This document shows, one piece after another, positions 1 to 14,948 of a stretch of DNA of 64,000 bases. The stretch spans positions 513-64,512 of the forward strand of contig DAIOWP010000001.1 of NCBI GenBank assembly GCA_036758425.1. The letters run 5' to 3'. The stretch comes from Acholeplasmataceae bacterium. Lineage in GTDB: Bacteria; Bacillota_I; Bacilli_A; Acholeplasmatales; Acholeplasmataceae. A program made the translations under genes and the position numbers. The first letter of the stretch is position 1; every line of letters starts with the position of its first letter. Below the pieces are notes generated by a model. It ran no database searches. It had not been told where the DNA came from and saw nothing but the letters and a program-made list of their open reading frames with translations.

Positions 1-53
1 CTTACGAGTATAAACATAGTTGTGATTAGCATAATATAAAGTATCTTTTTCAT
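1..53 (-). CDS. 5' end of a gene running off the left edge. The N-terminus MKKILYIMLITTMFILV resembles a signal or lipoprotein leader
   Basis: ATG at 53-51 on the minus strand is preceded by AGGGG 6 nt upstream. The frame stays open to the window edge. Only 17 codons are visible. Confidence 0.3.
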   Translation of the reverse strand, partial: MKKILYIMLITTMFILV

Positions 54-257
54 AATTTTCCCCTATAAATAATTGTCCTAAAAAGGACTATCAATTAGTC
101 TCGTTTGAATTCTTAATTAAATTATAACATGTAGTGTTTGAGCTGTATAGATTTAATATTTGCGTTTACGTCTTTGATTATAATGTTAAACCCTTCATGG
201 CACATGTATTTCAGTTTAGTTATCTATATTATATGGGTTTGATGACTCAAAGAAGAC

Positions 258-278
258 AAAAAAAGCCCATCTCATGGG
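258..278 (-). terminator. Weak rho-independent terminator after the tRNA pair
   Basis: The minus strand reads a CCCAT-GAG-ATGGG hairpin, then C plus T7, about 25 nt after the tRNA-Glu 3' end. Confidence 0.45.
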
Positions 279-303
279 TGAGAAGAGCGTTTCATAATAA
301 TAT

Positions 304-379
304 TGGTGACCCGTACGGGATTCGAACCCGTGAATGCATGCGTGAAAGGCATGTGAGTTAACCGTTTCTCCAACGGGCC
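304..379 (-). tRNA. tRNA-Glu (anticodon UUC)
   Basis: 76-nt cloverleaf with encoded CCA. Acceptor stem is GGCCCGT/ACGGGTC, the anticodon arm is CATGC-CTTTCAC-GCATG and the T-loop is GGTTCGAATCC. Confidence 0.95.
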
Positions 380-387
380 AAAAAAGA

Positions 388-478
388 TGGCGGAGCAAGA
401 GGGATTTGAACCCTCGCGCCGGTTTCCCAGCCTGCGCCCTTAGCAGAGGCGTCTCTTGAGCCACTTGAGTATTGCTCC
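388..478 (-). tRNA. tRNA-Ser (anticodon GCU)
   Basis: 91 nt with encoded CCA and a long variable arm. The anticodon loop is CTGCTAA and the T-arm is GAGGGTTCAAATCCCTC. Confidence 0.93.
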
Positions 479-510
479 AGCCAAAGTCATTTGCGTTTGA
501 ACGCCCCTAT

Positions 511-539
511 AGAATAGCGTATTTTTACTACTTTGTCAA
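511..539 (-). promoter_or_regulatory. Candidate sigma-A type promoter for the tRNA-Ser/tRNA-Glu pair
   Basis: The minus strand reads TTGACA (539-534), a 17-nt spacer, then TATTCT (516-511), about 30 nt upstream of the tRNA-Ser 5' end. Confidence 0.4.
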
Positions 540-554
540 CCATTTCATGCAATT

Positions 555-590
555 AAAAAGGGGTAACACCAACAAGATGATATTACCCTT
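555..590 (-). terminator. Terminator downstream of tex
   Basis: GGGTAA/TTACCC stem (561-566 with 583-588) is followed on the minus strand by a T5 run (A555-559 on plus). It starts 5 nt after the tex stop codon. Confidence 0.5.
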
Positions 591-594
591 TGTT

Positions 595-2775
595 TTATTT
601 ACCAATCGTTTCCTTAAGCATCGTTAATCCGACTTTGCCGCGAACTAAATCAATGTTTAAAACATAGACTTTCACAATGTCACCAACATTTAAGACATCC
701 TTTGGATGTTTAATGTATGATTTGCTGATTTTTGAGATGTGAAGCAGTCCATCTTCTTTCAAACCAATATCGATAAAGGCTCCAAAATCAACGACATTAC
801 GAACAGTCCCTTCAAGTTCCATACCGATAGATAGATCTTCTAACTTCATGATATCGCTTCGAAGGAGTGGTTGTGCATATTGATCACGAGGGTCTCTCAG
901 GGGTGCAATGAATGCATCTAAAATATCATCAAGTGTGTATTTATCAACATTCATTTCTTCTTGGAGTTTCTTTCTATCGATGGATGCTACTGCATCTTTC
1001 ACAATGTCTTTACCAAACATCGCGCCAGTGATGTTATATCGCTTCATAATGGCTTTTGCTACACCATATGACTCAGGATGCACTGCAGTCATATCAAGTG
1101 CTTCATCTCCATCAGGAATGCGTAAGAAACCAATGGCTTGTTCGTATGTTTTACCACCAAGCTTAGGTACTTTCATCAAATCTTCACGACGAATAAACTT
1201 ACCTGCTTGGTCTCTAAATTTCACGATATTTTCGGCGGTTGATTTATTTAAACCAGAGACATACATCAGTAATGCCTTCGATGCGGTGTTGACGTTAACG
1301 CCGACTTGGTTAACGGCTTGTGTAACCACAAAGTTGAGCTGATCATTGAGTTTCTTTGGTGTAACATCATGTTGATATTGACCAACACCAATCGATTTCG
1401 GATCAATTTTAACCAGTTCAGAAAGGGGGTCTTGCAGACGTCTTGCAATCGATGCAGCTGATCGTTCTTCAACTGAAAAATCAGGGAACTCTTCACGTGC
1501 CAATTCTGATGCTGAATAGACCGATGCACCCGCTTCGCTGACAATCACAAACTGTACCTTCATGCCTGTTGTTTTAATTAAGTCAGCAACAAAAGCTTCT
1601 GTTTCGCGTGAGGCTGTTCCATTTCCGATTGCGATAATTTCAACTTTATGCTTTTTAATCAACAATAAGAGTTTTCTTTGTGACTCTATGATCTGTTCAT
1701 CTGTAATCTTTCCACCCAATGTCTTTTCATGGGGATAGATGACACCTTTTTCTAGTACGGTTCCTTGTTCATTCACCACGGAGAGTTTACATCCCGTACG
1801 GAATGCGGGGTCAATACCTAAAACGACTTTGCCTTTCATCGGTGGTTGTAATAATAATTTTTGAAGATTGACAGAGAAGATTTCAATCGCTTGTTCCTCA
1901 CCTTTTTCCGTGAGTTCTGCACGAACTTCACGTTCAAGAGATGGATAGATTAACCGCTTTAATGCATCATCAATCGCTTCTTTAATAAAGACTGATGAGG
2001 GTGATTGATCACGCTTAACGATCTTTCGTTCAAGATAACTGATCATACGTTCACGATCAGTTTCTATCTTGACCGTGATGACTTTTTCATTTTCCGCGCG
2101 ATTGATCGCTAAAATACGATGAGGGCGTATTTTATTGACTGCTTCCTGGTAATCATAATACATTTCATAGGTCTTTTTCTCATCAACAGCATTCTTTTTA
2201 ATGGATGTCATCACCATACCATGGCTCACCATTTCTTGGCGAAGAGCTTTACGATAATTGGCATCATCAGAAACCATTTCAGCGATGATATACTTCGCAC
2301 CTTCAATTGCTTCTTCAGGTGTAGGAACATCTTCTTTAACAAATTTCTTTGCTTCTTTTAAGACATCTTCATGGGTAAACATCATCAACCAATTAGCGAG
2401 TGGTTCAAGACCTTTGGCGATCGCTTCGGTTGCTTTTGTTTTTTTCTTTTCTTTAAATGGACGATAAAGGTCTTCAACTTCAACAAGCTTTTGAGCCTTT
2501 AAGATTTCTTGTTTTAAATCTTCAGTGAGCATACCTTTTTCATCGATTAAACGGATGACATCTTCTTTCCGTTTGAGTAGATTATTTTGGTATTCCCATG
2601 TTTTGTAGATTTCATTAATCTGTTCTTCATCAAGACCACCGGTTGCTTCCTTACGATAACGCGCAATAAAAGGAATCGTATTACCTTCTTCTAATAATTC
2701 AAGCACCGTGGTGATACTTTTGAGTGGAATACTTAATGTTTTTTGAATGTCTAATAAAATATTTTCGTTCATCAT
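595..2775 (-). CDS. tex: Tex-like transcription accessory protein (S1 RNA-binding domain protein)
   Basis: 726 aa. The N-terminus has the IPFIARYRKE motif, the middle is YqgF/HhH-like and the C-terminus has an S1 domain (GTVRNVVDFGAFIDIG...GDIVKVYVLNID). Confidence 0.9.
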   Translation of the reverse strand: MMNENILLDIQKTLSIPLKSITTVLELLEEGNTIPFIARYRKEATGGLDEEQINEIYKTWEYQNNLLKRKEDVIRLIDEKGMLTEDLKQEILKAQKLVEVEDLYRPFKEKKKTKATEAIAKGLEPLANWLMMFTHEDVLKEAKKFVKEDVPTPEEAIEGAKYIIAEMVSDDANYRKALRQEMVSHGMVMTSIKKNAVDEKKTYEMYYDYQEAVNKIRPHRILAINRAENEKVITVKIETDRERMISYLERKIVKRDQSPSSVFIKEAIDDALKRLIYPSLEREVRAELTEKGEEQAIEIFSVNLQKLLLQPPMKGKVVLGIDPAFRTGCKLSVVNEQGTVLEKGVIYPHEKTLGGKITDEQIIESQRKLLLLIKKHKVEIIAIGNGTASRETEAFVADLIKTTGMKVQFVIVSEAGASVYSASELAREEFPDFSVEERSAASIARRLQDPLSELVKIDPKSIGVGQYQHDVTPKKLNDQLNFVVTQAVNQVGVNVNTASKALLMYVSGLNKSTAENIVKFRDQAGKFIRREDLMKVPKLGGKTYEQAIGFLRIPDGDEALDMTAVHPESYGVAKAIMKRYNITGAMFGKDIVKDAVASIDRKKLQEEMNVDKYTLDDILDAFIAPLRDPRDQYAQPLLRSDIMKLEDLSIGMELEGTVRNVVDFGAFIDIGLKEDGLLHISKISKSYIKHPKDVLNVGDIVKVYVLNIDLVRGKVGLTMLKETIGK

Positions 2776-2793
2776 GGACTCCTTAATAGCACA

Positions 2794-2810
2794 AAAGGGC
2801 CAAGCCCTTT
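2794..2810. terminator. Hairpin between tex and the upstream gene, probably terminating the 2823-3467 gene
   Basis: AAAGGGC-CAA-GCCCTTT perfect 7-bp stem with T-rich flanks on both strands. Confidence 0.5.
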
Positions 2811-2822
2811 ATGTTTTTTGTT

Positions 2823-3467
2823 TTAGATACGACCAAGTTCTCTGATGATATCAACCACACGAATTTCGGTTGTAAATGTTTGATTTTCAACATCGAAGGT
2901 CACGAGAAGATTGGTTCGATTGAGGTCAAGGTTTAAGTGGCTTAGCTCAGCTCCACCTAAATTGCTTGATTGAAGATCGAGGTTGACGAAGAAGAGTGCT
3001 TTACCTTCCCAATCGGTATCTTTAATCAATTCAACGATGTCATCATTGGGTGAACTTGCACTGTAGAAGTAAATATAAATCTTGGTGTTTGTATTGATGA
3101 GTTCATAGAGTTCTTCGTAGGATTCTTGACCTGCAAAGTAAGTAAAATCACCATAAACACCTGAGTTTGAATCATATCCTGTAAGCTGTGTTAATTCACT
3201 TGCTGTCAGATGAATATAATCATCGAATAAACCAGGTTCTTCCTCTTGATTCATAAAATATTGAATGGTGAAAACAATCGCAACCGTAATCAACGTTAAT
3301 GCAATAATCGACATTCCAATACGGAAGAATAAGATTTCATTCTTCGAGGGTTCGCGTTTTGCATTGGTCTTTGCTAATTCTTGTTTACTTTTGCTTGGTT
3401 GACTGACAGGTGCGTTTTTCACCTGATTTTTTTTGTTGGCTGGTTGTACTTGTTGGACTCTTGCCAT
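2823..3467 (-). CDS. Hypothetical single-pass membrane protein with a basic, low-complexity N-terminus
   Basis: 214-aa ORF with one hydrophobic helix (ILFFRIGMSIIALTLITVAIVFTI). I recognise no family motif. Confidence 0.55.
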   Translation of the reverse strand: MARVQQVQPANKKNQVKNAPVSQPSKSKQELAKTNAKREPSKNEILFFRIGMSIIALTLITVAIVFTIQYFMNQEEEPGLFDDYIHLTASELTQLTGYDSNSGVYGDFTYFAGQESYEELYELINTNTKIYIYFYSASSPNDDIVELIKDTDWEGKALFFVNLDLQSSNLGGAELSHLNLDLNRTNLLVTFDVENQTFTTEIRVVDIIRELGRI

Positions 3468-3536
3468 AATGTCACATCCTCTTCATTTGAATTATACCGA
3501 ATAAGCCTTTAAATTACAACTTTGTGAAACATTATG

Positions 3537-3893
3537 TTAAAGTTTTTCAATCATCACATAAGCGATTGCATGATGGTCTGTATGTGTGATGGTGATATGA
3601 ATGATTTCATCATCTTGAAAGAAATCCGTTTGGACGTAAGGTTGTCCATTTTCTCGATTAAGAATCGAAAAATCGGTGTAATACGCTGTTCCATTTCCTT
3701 TGGAGATGGCTTTAAATAGGGCTTCTTTTGCTGCAAAGCGACCACCAATAAAAGATAACTTCGTATTCTCAGCAGCGATGTTTAAATAGAGTTTCTTTTC
3801 TTCGGGGGATAAGATGCGATCGATAAAACGATCGCTCATGAGTTCTTTAAGTCGATCGAGTTCAACGAGATCAATACCGAGTCCGATGATCAT
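3537..3893 (-). CDS. acpS: Holo-[acyl-carrier-protein] synthase
   Basis: 118 aa. The N-terminus is MIIGLGIDLVELDRL and the core is FAAKEALFKA, both typical of AcpS. It overlaps the whiA stop by 4 nt. Confidence 0.9.
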   Translation of the reverse strand: MIIGLGIDLVELDRLKELMSDRFIDRILSPEEKKLYLNIAAENTKLSFIGGRFAAKEALFKAISKGNGTAYYTDFSILNRENGQPYVQTDFFQDDEIIHITITHTDHHAIAYVMIEKL

Positions 3894-4825
3894 GATAATC
3901 CCTCCTTGATTTCTTTGGCCATCAATCTGATTTTAACCAAACGATGGTTCATTCCTGATTTACTGATTTGGTCGTGATAGGTCTCTTCATATAAATCAAC
4001 AAGTTCCATCAAACTCGCTTCTGGGTATGCCTTTCTCAGTTCAATAACCTGTCTACTCTTTTCATCAATTTGACCTTTGGGTATATACTTCTCAACAATC
4101 TCAATATCTTTCATTTGCTCGTTGGCAGCAACAATAGCCTTTTTCTCGTTTGCGATCTCCATATTCATGACACGATTGATCGAATTATTAAAATCTCTTT
4201 TAATCCGAATATCTTCAAATTGAAAGAGTGCTTGTTGTGCACCAACGAGCTGCAAGAAATCACTGATTCCTTGTGCATCCTTGATGTAACAAATAAATCC
4301 TTGTCTTCGCTTTGTAATCTTAGCGTTTAACTCGAAGAAGTTCATGATACTCTGCAAGAATACCGCTTGATTTGCATCTTTGGTAAAGATTTCAAGATGA
4401 TACTCAGCTGTTTTGGGATGATTGACAGACCCTCCTGCAAGAAAAGCTGCACGAAGAAAGGCTTTTTTAGCTTCTGGGTTTGCTGTTGAAAGTTCTTCAT
4501 TATCGATGGGATCATCGAGTAATCCATGTTCATTGACGATATCTTCCACATTGGATTGAATACGGATGATGATGGCATTACGCTGGTTGAGTTTGTTTAG
4601 TTTTTGAGTGAGTAAACTTGTTTCTGATTGATACAGTGATCTGACCAGTTGCAAAAACCGTTTAGCAACGGTAGGATTGTTGGTTTTGAAATCAAGCATT
4701 TTTTTCTTGCTTTCAATATGAAATTCACCATTGAGATTGATGAACGCTGAAAACTCAGCAATCTGTTCTTCAAGTTCAATGGGAACTGTCACCAGTTCCT
4801 CTTTAACGATTTTTGCAAAGCTCAC
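3890..4825 (-). CDS. whiA: DNA-binding protein WhiA
   Basis: 311 aa. It has the N-terminal MSFAKIVKEEL motif, a degenerate LAGLIDADG-like middle (FLRAAFLAGGSVN) and a C-terminal HTH. It is syntenic with trxB. Confidence 0.88.
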   Translation of the reverse strand: MSFAKIVKEELVTVPIELEEQIAEFSAFINLNGEFHIESKKKMLDFKTNNPTVAKRFLQLVRSLYQSETSLLTQKLNKLNQRNAIIIRIQSNVEDIVNEHGLLDDPIDNEELSTANPEAKKAFLRAAFLAGGSVNHPKTAEYHLEIFTKDANQAVFLQSIMNFFELNAKITKRRQGFICYIKDAQGISDFLQLVGAQQALFQFEDIRIKRDFNNSINRVMNMEIANEKKAIVAANEQMKDIEIVEKYIPKGQIDEKSRQVIELRKAYPEASLMELVDLYEETYHDQISKSGMNHRLVKIRLMAKEIKEGLS

Positions 4826-5743
4826 TTATTTACCCCAAGATTCAATATATTTGAGTGCATTTTGGGCTGCAATCGCACCATCTGATGCTGCAGTGATGAC
4901 CTGACGGATTTGCTTAACGATCACATCGCCTGCTGCATAAATACCAGGGACTGCTGTTTCCATTTTTTCATTCGCGATCACGTATCCCCATTGATTCGTG
5001 ATACCTAAATCCTTGACGAAGGTCGTAACAGGAATTAACCCTACATATTCGAAGACGCCTTCAGCAGAGATCGTTTCAACTTCACCTTTATTATTCTTGA
5101 TGGTGACACCGGTTAACGTGTTATTTTCCATTTCAAACTTGGTGACAACCGATCCAAAACGATAATCAACATTGGGCATACTTCTTAAAATATCTTGTGC
5201 TTTGGGATCAGCAGTTAAGAAATCCAAGTTTTGAACGATCGTCACATGGGTTGCTAACGTTGCTAAGTAAGAAGCTTCTTCAACGGCTGAGTTTCCACCA
5301 CCAATGACGACCAGTTTTCTTCCTTTGTAGAGTGGGCCATCACAAATCGCACACCAGCTAATCCCATTCATGGCTAATGCATCTTCGTTTTCAACACCTA
5401 AACGTCTGGGGACGTTACCGGATGCGACAATCACTGCTTTTGTTTCATAGGTTTTGTTGGGTGTGACCACTTTTTTGATGTTGCCATCAAGTTCAACTTT
5501 CGTCACTTCATCATAGATCACTTCGATATCTAAATCATACGCATGATCGATCATCATCGTTGCTAGTTCATAACCTGCAACTTTTTTAGCACCGGTATAG
5601 TTTTCAATTTCATTGTATTTTGATAATTGACCACCTGGTGTATCCTTTTCAAACATTGCAACCTTTAAGTTTGCACGTTTTGCATAAATGCCTGCTGTAA
5701 TACCTGCAGGACCTGTTCCAATAATGAGTACGTCGTAAAGCAT
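4826..5743 (-). CDS. trxB: Thioredoxin-disulfide reductase
   Basis: 305 aa with the FAD motif IIGTGPAG, the redox CAICDG motif and the NADPH motif VIGGGNSAVEEA. Confidence 0.93.
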   Translation of the reverse strand: MLYDVLIIGTGPAGITAGIYAKRANLKVAMFEKDTPGGQLSKYNEIENYTGAKKVAGYELATMMIDHAYDLDIEVIYDEVTKVELDGNIKKVVTPNKTYETKAVIVASGNVPRRLGVENEDALAMNGISWCAICDGPLYKGRKLVVIGGGNSAVEEASYLATLATHVTIVQNLDFLTADPKAQDILRSMPNVDYRFGSVVTKFEMENNTLTGVTIKNNKGEVETISAEGVFEYVGLIPVTTFVKDLGITNQWGYVIANEKMETAVPGIYAAGDVIVKQIRQVITAASDGAIAAQNALKYIESWGK

Positions 5744-5755
5744 ATTTATCTCTCC

Positions 5756-6391
5756 TTAAATAATATCCTTAATGTGCATCAGTTCGTCAATCGCGTAATC
5801 AGGATTGTACGAAAGCATTTCCTTAAGGCGTTGACTGTAGGTCACCGCACATGTTAATATACCTGCTTTTTTTGCAGAGATGATGTCATTTTCATGATCA
5901 CCAATATAGATGGTTGACTGTGGTTTTGTACCAAAAAGCTGAAGTGCTTTGAGAATGGGCTCGGGTGAAGGTTTATGTTCTGTGACATCTTCATACCCGA
6001 CGAGTCCATCGATAAAATCAACTAATCCTGTCAGTTTCAAATGGTGCGTTGCAACATGACGCATTTTTGATGTCACAACACCTATCTTGACATTCTTTTT
6101 CTTGAGAAATGTCATGATTTCAACCGCACCAGGATAACTCTTTAATCCTTGTTCGATGATATCATCTGAATAGGTGCGATAAAATTGAACGACTTCATTG
6201 ATTTCATCTTGATTGGATGTGTAATAACCAAATGTTGTGAATAGTGTCTGACCAAGCATGTTTGTATAATCGTCATCACTTAATTGAATGTGTGGAAAAT
6301 ACTTTTGAAACGTCACTTTAAATGTCTCAATGATGATCTCGGTGGTTTGGATGAGTGTTCCATCAAGATCAAATAACACACACTTAATCAT
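5756..6391 (-). CDS. ppaX: HAD-family pyrophosphatase PpaX
   Basis: 211 aa with the DLDGTL motif I and the GDHENDI motif IV. It sits in the hprK-lgt-ppaX order known from Bacillus. Confidence 0.8.
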   Translation of the reverse strand: MIKCVLFDLDGTLIQTTEIIIETFKVTFQKYFPHIQLSDDDYTNMLGQTLFTTFGYYTSNQDEINEVVQFYRTYSDDIIEQGLKSYPGAVEIMTFLKKKNVKIGVVTSKMRHVATHHLKLTGLVDFIDGLVGYEDVTEHKPSPEPILKALQLFGTKPQSTIYIGDHENDIISAKKAGILTCAVTYSQRLKEMLSYNPDYAIDELMHIKDII

Positions 6392-7358
6392 GGATATCTA
6401 CCAAGATGTCAACATAATAAGGTTGGTCTTTAATGAAATGTTTTTTAGCAAGAATGATCGCTAGTCCACCTAACATGAAGAGGGTAAGCGATAATACGAT
6501 GTTAGTCGGTAATCCAAACATGCGAAGTGCATCACCTGGATCGCCACCCGTACGAAGTGGTTCAATGATCGCTCCACGACCAAGACCATACCAAATCAAA
6601 TAAAGTCCCATTAAATCGCCCACTTTGAACCATCTCTTACGTCGTGCAATGAGGAGGAAGACAAGACCCGCAAAATTCCATAATCCCTCATAAAGGAATG
6701 TCGGATGGTGGATCACACCACCGATAGTCATTTGATTTTTAATGAACTCAGGTAAAATGCTTAGCATAAACGATGATTGAATTTCTGGACCATAAGCTTC
6801 TGCATTCATGAAGTTTCCCCAACGACCAACGATCTGTCCAATGAGAAATCCTATCGCTAAAATATCTGTTAATACCCAAAATTGTATTTTCTTTTTTTTG
6901 GTGAAGAAGAACACAAAGATAAACGCTGTGATCACTGCACCGTGAATGGAAAGGCCACCTTGTCGAATATTGATGACATCCATGAGTGATGAATAACTTG
7001 GATTCGGGTCAAATATCACATAATAGAGACGTGATCCAACGATCGAAAGGGGGACCGCCCACAACAATGCATCAAAAAGCCATTCTGGATTCCATCCAAC
7101 TCGTTTAAACTCTTCATAGGCAAAGAATGCACCAATACTGAGTCCTGTCAAAATAAAGACAGCATACCATTGAATTTGTGCAAATCCTAAATCAAGCGCT
7201 GTTTTGTTATAGGGAAATCCATCTTGAGTCAGTAATGCTAAAAGTAATACAACAAGAAAGATCGCTCCACCAATGATATGATTTCTTGCATCGCTGCTCT
7301 TCTTAAAAAAATCAATAATCTTCGTCATCTTCATCGTCCTTCCGTTTTCCTGCTGCAC
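6384..7358 (-). CDS. lgt: Prolipoprotein diacylglyceryl transferase
   Basis: Polytopic membrane protein with the GRWGNFMNAEAYG signature. The true start is probably the ATG at 7334 or 7328 (MKMTKII), preceded by GGAAGGA. Confidence 0.9.
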   Translation of the reverse strand: MQQENGRTMKMTKIIDFFKKSSDARNHIIGGAIFLVVLLLALLTQDGFPYNKTALDLGFAQIQWYAVFILTGLSIGAFFAYEEFKRVGWNPEWLFDALLWAVPLSIVGSRLYYVIFDPNPSYSSLMDVINIRQGGLSIHGAVITAFIFVFFFTKKKKIQFWVLTDILAIGFLIGQIVGRWGNFMNAEAYGPEIQSSFMLSILPEFIKNQMTIGGVIHHPTFLYEGLWNFAGLVFLLIARRKRWFKVGDLMGLYLIWYGLGRGAIIEPLRTGGDPGDALRMFGLPTNIVLSLTLFMLGGLAIILAKKHFIKDQPYYVDILVDIHD

Positions 7359-8259
7359 GAAGTGATACAGCTTGTGTGAGTTCTAAGGCTGCATTATAGC
7401 CAAGATATTTCAATTTTTGATTCATGGCTGCTGATTCAACAAGCGTTGCAACGTTACGACCCGGTAAAATAGGAATCGTGATTTTTGCAATCTCGGTATT
7501 AAAGATCTTTATCGTTTCAGTATCAATACCTAAACGATCATATTGTTTACCCTTTTTCCAATGTTCGAGTTCAACAACCAAGCGTACCTTTTTGTTTTCA
7601 CGATATGCGCCAGCACCAAACATTTGAACAACGTCAACAATCCCAATACCTCGAACTTCAATATAGCGTTCAAGGACTTTAGGCGCTGAACCAATTAAAA
7701 CCCCAGGTGCTGCTTCAAAGATATCGACACGATCATCACTGATTAAAATATGTCCTCTTTTGATGAGTTCAAGTGCTGTTTCACTCTTCCCAATCCCAGA
7801 CTTACCTGTGATCAGTGTTCCTAATCCGTGAATATCGAGAAGAACACCATGGACCGATGTACGTGGAGCAAGTTTCGAGTGTAAATATTGATAAAGCGAT
7901 CCAGAAAGTGGTGTGGTTCGTGATTTACTCTTTAATATGGCGACTTGATATTGATCACCAAGTTCAACAAAGAAATCTTCAATGTCCACATTCACTGAGA
8001 AAATGAATCCTGGAGGTACCTTTTTAAACATCGCCTCAACGCGTTGTTTTCTCACTTCATACGGCAAATTATGAAGGAATGTCGCTTCTTTAGAACCGAT
8101 TAAAATCAATCGTTCAGCATCAAAATAATCCAAGAATCCAGCGAGTTCAACACCAGGTCTTGAAAGCATTTCAGATTTGACATCACGATTCATACACGCT
8201 TTGTCATTGAGGAGTTCAAGATCAAGATCTCGAACAAGGTGTTTCACTTTGAGTTTCAT
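7312..8259 (-). CDS. hprK: HPr kinase/phosphorylase
   Basis: 315 aa with the P-loop GKSGIGKSETALELIKRGH and a C-terminal acidic tail. Confidence 0.93.
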   Translation of the reverse strand: MKLKVKHLVRDLDLELLNDKACMNRDVKSEMLSRPGVELAGFLDYFDAERLILIGSKEATFLHNLPYEVRKQRVEAMFKKVPPGFIFSVNVDIEDFFVELGDQYQVAILKSKSRTTPLSGSLYQYLHSKLAPRTSVHGVLLDIHGLGTLITGKSGIGKSETALELIKRGHILISDDRVDIFEAAPGVLIGSAPKVLERYIEVRGIGIVDVVQMFGAGAYRENKKVRLVVELEHWKKGKQYDRLGIDTETIKIFNTEIAKITIPILPGRNVATLVESAAMNQKLKYLGYNAALELTQAVSLRAAGKRKDDEDDEDY

Positions 8260-8795
8260 TTGCGACCTCCCATTAATACAACTTTTTCATGATATAAAAA
8301 CCGTCTCAAGTAAATCGAGATGATAAGACGTAGAAGAGAAAAGACAAATGCAAAAGCAATCAAACGTTCGATACCAATGAAATGAAAGCCTTCAACAAGA
8401 ATTAAATCAACGAGATATAAAACGATGATTTGAACCATGACGGATAGCATACCCATGCTCATCAGCATGATACGTGTGAGATATTTAAACATCAAAATCT
8501 TAACAAAATTTTCAATCAACGTCAGAAGAATCACTGCGAAAATGAAACCTGGTAAGGTCATCTCAACAAGTGGTGCATTGATTCCGATGGCTAATCCCAA
8601 AACAACTGCGAAGATGAGAAGATTGATGGCGAGTGACAAGATCATGTGAATCACATAGTTCTTATGCAGCATAAAGCCTAAGACGACACTCATATTTCGC
8701 GTTGTTTTCTTTTTCTTTTTCAGTTCTTCAAGCAAGTCTTGAAGTTCTTCTTCTGTAAGCTTGTTTGGATCCTTATCCGGTTTCTTTTCGTTCAT
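8256..8795 (-). CDS. DUF360/YvlD-like (phage-holin-4 family) membrane protein
   Basis: 179 aa with a charged N-terminus and four hydrophobic helices. It lies between uvrA and hprK, as yvlD does in Bacillus. Confidence 0.5.
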   Translation of the reverse strand: MNEKKPDKDPNKLTEEELQDLLEELKKKKKTTRNMSVVLGFMLHKNYVIHMILSLAINLLIFAVVLGLAIGINAPLVEMTLPGFIFAVILLTLIENFVKILMFKYLTRIMLMSMGMLSVMVQIIVLYLVDLILVEGFHFIGIERLIAFAFVFSLLRLIISIYLRRFLYHEKVVLMGGRK

Positions 8796-8834
8796 TGATG
8801 TCCCCCTAATAGTGTATCATAATACTTTACTTTT

Positions 8835-14911
<6,077 letters not shown>

Positions 14912-14948
14912 GTTCTCACCTCATCTTATGATAGTGATCATGCTTTCC

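Noticed and set aside
134-464. Track ORFs 134-361(+) and 216-464(-)
   Set aside because: They run straight through the tRNA-Glu and tRNA-Ser genes and their terminator. They have no SD and their composition is explained by the tRNAs.
908-2467. Plus-strand and alternative-frame ORFs inside tex (908-1342, 1266-1544, 2119-2361, 2258-2467)
   Set aside because: They are antisense or out-of-frame shadows of a well-supported 726-aa gene. The same reasoning applies to the many 60-140-aa ORFs nested in uvrA, ligA, glnS, gyrA (45564-45980), gyrB (47690-48043 and others), ltaS and asnS.
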